Source of the DNA: Macrostomum lignano
Lineage: Eukaryota
Assembly (NCBI GenBank): GCA_002269645.1
Contig: NIVC01003661.1
Location: forward strand, 20,440-84,439
DNA: 64,000 nucleotides
Reading direction: 5' to 3'
In this document: one piece after another, positions 59,701-64,000 of the stretch
Numbering within the stretch: position 1 is the first letter of the stretch
Layout of the letters: the number at the start of each line of letters is the position of its first letter
Program-made: the position numbers and the translations under genes
The notes under the pieces: model-generated
Told to the model about the DNA's origin: nothing
The model's database searches: none
Seen by the model: the letters and a program-made list of their open reading frames with translations, nothing else

Positions 59701-60301
59701 GTTCCACTGTGTTCAGAGACTGGCTCATCACTGCCAATGAATCGACCATCACAACATGTTGCTCTTGATTAGGCGGCTCAACAGTGGTGTTAGCAGGCTC
59801 TTGGGCTGTAGGAGTCACGTCACTACCACGATGCAGTGCACGTTACATTCTTACGTTCTTACACAAAGCAGGTTTCCAGTAGTTCCTGGACATTTTTTCC
59901 AGATATTCCATCTGTAGGCCTGTAGAGCTGTAGAAATCTTGGACTCAGGGAATGCGTCCTTGATCCTTGATAAATCCTTGAGGGAATGCGTCAATAAATT
60001 CTTGATTTGATCCGTGGACATTCCAAGAAATTATTTCATTTGGAAAGTGCAGCAGATCTATTAGTTTTCTTTTCTCGGTAGTTCCATTCTCTTTTTGAGT
60101 CAGTAAAGCTAGCTCTGCTTTATTCTTCTCTCTCTTCTCGTCTTCAACGTGCATCTAACGCAACTGCAACCTTTTGTCTATGGTAATTCGTAGTATTATA
60201 ATGTAACTAATACAGTATATAGCTTCTTTGTGCTTCAATGGTCTTTGGCTACGCGCACTCGTGACCAAAACCATTAAAGCACGCAGCAGCTATATACATG
60301 T
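56717..60301 (+). mobile_element. Putative Crypton-like tyrosine-recombinase DNA element (boundaries approximate)
   Basis: An intronless YR ORF is flanked on both sides by the same palindromic motifs (GCTACGCGCACTCGTG at about 57448 and 60248; GTCTATGG/CCATAGAC). No RT is present. The ends are inferred. Confidence 0.6.
57920..59269 (+). CDS. Tyrosine recombinase, Crypton/DUF3504-type, 449 aa
   Basis: Core-binding-like segment LRFFYFCLKKSDGSCYSPATLVCIRAGVQRYL. Catalytic motifs LGERGQEHL (R), KTKNQ (K), TNHCIR (HxxR), TGQRS (His replaced by Gln) and VRRY (Y). C-terminal FANCLFDGCTF. Confidence 0.88.
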   Translation: MSLINWKNLPVDSLDGVSSTELDFLSELSAVNHSSDEILGDFIDYLTKIETADEAAAVSSVELPELSDLPSAMDVAELESLPSTTREHMFLYGKMFVEFLKKHGAVDVSVISDSRLAEFLRFFYFCLKKSDGSCYSPATLVCIRAGVQRYLTLVLKRRTNIISSDEFATANRMLRVKVRHFHADGGTVNQHEPIEKGDLQKMRAYFDRSTAERLQDEVLFTLLYVLGERGQEHLSSLKQVGTLQEEVDADGNPYLALPPLKTKNQTSDPTKCKGNQRKQSRIYGAQRELILHYQSLLPQNSSSFFPRPLTNNSGGQIRFSATQVRGVNWLAAFMKHVSSVCNLSKQYTNHCIRVTRIADLFDKGMPMGEIMAVTGQRSESTVRRYLARKRDRTLRKVATAVSDNLAAPTDATTSATTSATVMQQAQVDLRSVQQPMFANCLFDGCTFKF

Positions 60302-60323
60302 ATTAATCCTACATTTAACAGTA

Positions 60324-60719
60324 CACCTTTTTCCATTCTATTTTGGCAAATGTGCAATCAAAGTCAAAATCTTTTCATTCAATTCAGACAGTTTATGGTA
60401 GTTCTTGGCCGGACGTGCATTCAATTCCGACAAATGTGCTTTCAAAAGCGACAATTTTCAAACAAAGCAAACAAGCTACCACGAGAAACCGACACTTTGC
60501 AATCAATTCAAACAATTTGCAATCAATTCCGACAGTTGGCTATGAATTGGCTTTTTCTGTCCTCCTATCTATGGCTCATACTGCGAAATTTCCTATCAAT
60601 TCCGACAAATTTCAATCTATTTAGACAAGCCGGCCAAGAACTACCATAAACTGTCTGAATTGAATGAAAAGATTTTGACTTTGATTGCACGTTTGCCAAA
60701 ATAGAATGGAAAAAAGGTG
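60324..60719. mobile_element. MITE with TIRs of about 90 bp and TA target duplication (Tc1/mariner-pogo type)
   Basis: TA|CACCTTTTTCCATTCTATTTTGGCAAA... to 60412 is mirrored by 60630-60719 ...TTTGCCAAAATAGAATGGAAAAAAGGTG|TA. The internal motif CAATTCCGACA is repeated. Confidence 0.9.
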
Positions 60720-60869
60720 TAGTGATCAACGAAACAGAGCTGATGCAAGCACATGTGGTCGACGTGCTGACGAAATTTGGAGGCTTGTCAAGGCTGCACT
60801 GAGGCGCAGTGCTGACTGGCGCACAGGGGTGTACTGAATACACTGGCGCTTATGGGAAAAATCCAACCT

Positions 60870-61705
60870 TCTGGCAGAATCGTCGACGGGTCTCGTTGCG
60901 AGACGAGGATTTCGTATTCGCTATCATGCCGTACTGGACCGCGTCACCAGCGGCGGAGGTACTGGGTGGGGTCTTTAAATAATTCTCTCCGACTAAGAAA
61001 CCGCTTTACTTGCTGGGCAGGATGAAGGGCAGGATTGAGTAAGCAATGACCGATAGCACATGACCGCACATGACCCTTCCCGCCATCAATGCATCCAGTC
61101 TGCAACAGCATGCCATGACCGCACATGACCCTTCCCGCCATCAATGCTTCCAGTCTGCAACAGCATGCCATGACCGCACATGACCCTTCCCGCCATCAAT
61201 GCTTCCAGTCTGCAACAGCATGCCATGACCGCACATGACCCTTCCCGCCATCAATGCTTCCAGTCTGCAACAGCATGCCATGACTGCACATGACCCTTCC
61301 CGCCATCAATGCTTCCAGTCTGCAACAGCAGCCAGCAGGTGGCTGTGAGTCCGTTCGACCCGCCCAGATCGCTCGTGAGCCATCCGGGATTCGAATCCGG
61401 ACGGTACTACTCGATCAACATGACCTGCTCCTGGATCCTGACGGTGCCGGAATCCTTTTTCATTGAGGTCTGGTTCGAATTCCTAGAATTGGAGACCCAG
61501 CTCGACAAGGTGCAGCTGCTCGATGCGAACTCGGTGCTCATGGCCGAGCTGTCGGACTACTACCCGAACTGCAGCGTCCTGCCGGTGTTCTCGACGTCCC
61601 GGAACAGCTCCGGCACCCGCATGTGCATCATCTTCAGCACTGACGGCTCGGTGCTGATGCGCGGGTTCCGCATTCGCTACCGAGCGGTGTCATCTGATAG
61701 AAATA
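60870..61705 (+). CDS. CUB-domain protein fragment (intact exon 61319-61705; degenerate upstream exon ending at 60958)
   Basis: The phase 1-1 exon encodes C...SHPGF...YSINMTCSWIL...IEVWFEFLELE...DKVQL...IFSTDGSVLMRGFRIRYRAV. An upstream fragment RGFRIRYHAV ends in a phase-1 donor at 60958, but its 5' half is frameshifted. A CUB-like CLDYLTL...LCG fragment lies at about 62480-62535. May be a pseudogene. Confidence 0.75.
61056..61330 (+). repeat. 55-bp minisatellite containing the CUB exon splice acceptor, 5 copies
   Basis: CCAG|TCTGCAACAGCA with AG ending at 61098, 61153, 61208, 61263 and 61318. Confidence 0.93.
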
Positions 61706-62372
61706 GTAAGTCTTTATGACCTGATGGAAACAGTAAGTCTTTGTGACCTGATGGAAACAGTAAGTCTTTATGACCTGATGGAAACAGTAAGTCTTTGTGA
61801 CCTGATGGAAACAGTAAGTCTTTATGACCTGATGGAAACAGTAAGTCTTTGTGACCTGATGGAAACAGTAAGTCTTTATGACCTGATGGAAACAGTAAGT
61901 CTTTGTGACCTGATGGAAACAGTAAGTCTTTATGACCTGATGGAAACAGTAAGTCTTTGTGACCTGATGGAAACAGTAAGTCTTTATGACCTGATGGAAA
62001 CAGTAAGTCTTTGTGACCTGATGGAAACAGTAAGTCTTTATGACCTGATGGAAACAGTAAGTCTTTGTGACCTGATGGAAACAGTAAGTCTTTATGACCT
62101 GATGGAAACAGTAAGTCTTTGTGACCTGATGGAAACAGTAAGTCTTTATGACCTGATGGAAACAGTAAGTCTTTGTGACCTGATGGAAACAGTAAGTCTT
62201 TATGACCTGATGGAAACAGTAAGTCTTTGTGACCTGATGGAAACAGTAAGTCTTTGTGACCTGATGGAAACAGTAAGTCTTTATGACCTGATGGAAACAG
62301 TAAGTCTTTGTGACCTGATAGAAACAGTAAGTCTTTATGACCTGATGGAAACAGTAAGTCTTTATGACCTGA
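61697..62372 (+). repeat. 27-bp minisatellite containing the CUB exon splice donor, 25 copies
   Basis: Unit GATGGAAACA|GTAAGTCTTT(A/G)TGACCT; the real junction GATAGAAATA|GTAAGT is at 61705/61706. A/G variants mostly alternate. Confidence 0.95.
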
Positions 62373-64000
62373 TGATAATAATAGAGCGCTGAAGGACTTC
62401 CAGGAGAGTCGGGACATGGTGCCGGCCGACATCGGTTTTCACAGGCTTCCTTAATTCGAGGGCTACAGGCACCCTATCGGCGTTGCCTTGACTACCTGAC
62501 ACTGGCTAACGCCGGCGTTCCGGATTCTCTTTGCGGCACTGCTGGCTCTCCTTTTTCCTATTTTCTTGTTTAATGTTGCAATGGATGAAGGACCAGAATG
62601 GCTTAGACATACCCGACGGTTGGAATGGTTCCTACCGCATGGACAGGGAAGGGCAGAGCGAGGTAAAACTGGTGCAAAAAACAAAAATGATAAATTTAAC
62701 TGCCCACGGTGGCATTGGCATGGGGCAGTCGTATTGGAATATTATCCAGTGAGAAATCTTTTTCAACCATTTGCGATGTCTCGCTGAAAAAAACCGACAG
62801 CTCTGGATCTGACCATGTAGTAGCCATTCCTACCTGTGTCCCATCTCTCTCCTTCCCTCTCCTTCTCTCCCTCCTTCTGCCTAACATATTTTCCTCTTAT
62901 TGCAACGCATGCTATGGTTGTATTAATGATCCTCAATGCATGGGAACAATTTAAATCCGCAGGTGTCCAGCGGACTTGGGGCACTACAGAGTCGGGGATT
63001 AGCGAAATGGGCGCCGTTTGCCTCCCAGCTGGGTCATCGCATCGCCCGGCAGCTAAGCGAAGGAGCAATAATAGATACTGAAAAACCTTGAATAGCTGAA
63101 TTTGATGGCGGTGAGCTGTCACATATGGCTTAGCAGTGCCAGGCTTGGGCTTGCAGCCGGTCAAAGAGAGGTTTTTTGGCCTCTCATTTTTTCAGCCCCT
63201 GATACATGAATTTTAATGGACCCGCAGCTGCCGTGGGCTGTGTTTGATTTTATAAATATCCATCCCGTCATCCTGCAGCTCAAGCAATTCCCAAACACAA
63301 GCTGGCGCTATTTCTGGAGGCAGAATGCGTAGCAGCATGCTAGAGAACTTCAAGGCGCTGTTGCTGATGTTGGCAATTCTTGCGACGGCCTGCGTGAAGT
63401 CCAGTGCGCAAGACAATGGTAAGAGATTGCTCTTTAGGTCTCCAGCAAACAGTGTACTTGGAGTTTGAGGTCTGAATGCTCGTGAAATTCATGCGCGACT
63501 TTAAAGCGAGACTTCTTGACCCAGAAATGTGAGAATTTGCTAACGTATCCTCACTTGGACTGGTAAATGAATTAAGACTAACATAAAAGCCATAAGTCTC
63601 CACCAGCGCAATCAAGGGGTATCACTGTTCTATGGTGTAAAGCCTCCTCATTCCTTGGTAGCTGCGCAGTCATTCCTCTGGGTGCAGCGATCGTCACGTA
63701 TGCGCTGTCCTGAAAACAGCGATAGCTTGATGCACTGCCGCAAGATCAGCCTCGACAGGTTGCAGACCCGGTTTATCCCGAATCCCCACGGTATTTATAC
63801 TGTTAAACAGTAATTAACAAAGAAAAATGACCAGTACGTTCGTTCACAAAAGATGCGATCAAGCATGAGACGTGACGCTCCCCTGCCCTAGTTTATAAAT
63901 TGTCCTTGGGTATAAAGATTGGAATTCGGTTGGGGGCTGTGTTCCATCCAGCAGCTTTGTTTTATTTTAATTGGCCTGTTGATCTGGATCTAGGGAGAGC

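Noticed and set aside
56717-60301. TACATGT as the exact terminal direct repeat of the Crypton-like element
   Set aside because: The 7-mer also occurs elsewhere (for example 26751 and 27460), so the ends cannot be fixed from one copy; it is used only as an approximate boundary.
62380-63720. Gene models from ORFs at 62531-63164 and 63213-63615
   Set aside because: Fragmentary frames with internal stops on both strands and no recognisable domain beyond a weak CUB-like peptide.

Overview
Repeat-saturated animal (metazoan) genomic DNA with GT-AG introns and GC-rich exons. Most introns are filled with minisatellites, a style resembling the flatworm Macrostomum (inference only). Five spliced genes lie on the minus strand: a MYLIP/IDOL-like FERM gene (5' part, running off the window start), an unknown protein with a C-terminal hydrophobic segment, a GH20 beta-hexosaminidase (9 exons, one 1-nt frameshift), a prospero/PROX homeo-prospero factor (5 exons) and an FHAD1-like FHA/coiled-coil gene (14 exons, about 1359 aa). 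A plus-strand CUB-domain gene fragment lies near the right end. Mobile DNA: two tRNA-derived SINEs in inverted orientation, an internally deleted Tc1/mariner element, a young 5'-truncated RT-RNase H LINE with target-site duplication, a Crypton-like tyrosine-recombinase element with palindrome-rich flanks, and a TA-flanked MITE. Three observations stand out. (1) A 45-bp minisatellite multiplies the CLEAR/TFEB motif directly upstream of the lysosomal hexosaminidase. (2) Some intronic minisatellites are tandem copies of the neighbouring exon's own splice junction, creating 4-24 decoy splice sites. (3) The Crypton-like element has an intact recombinase ORF, hairpin arrays and a convergent second coding region. 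All exon structures were read by hand and are not supported by RNA data.
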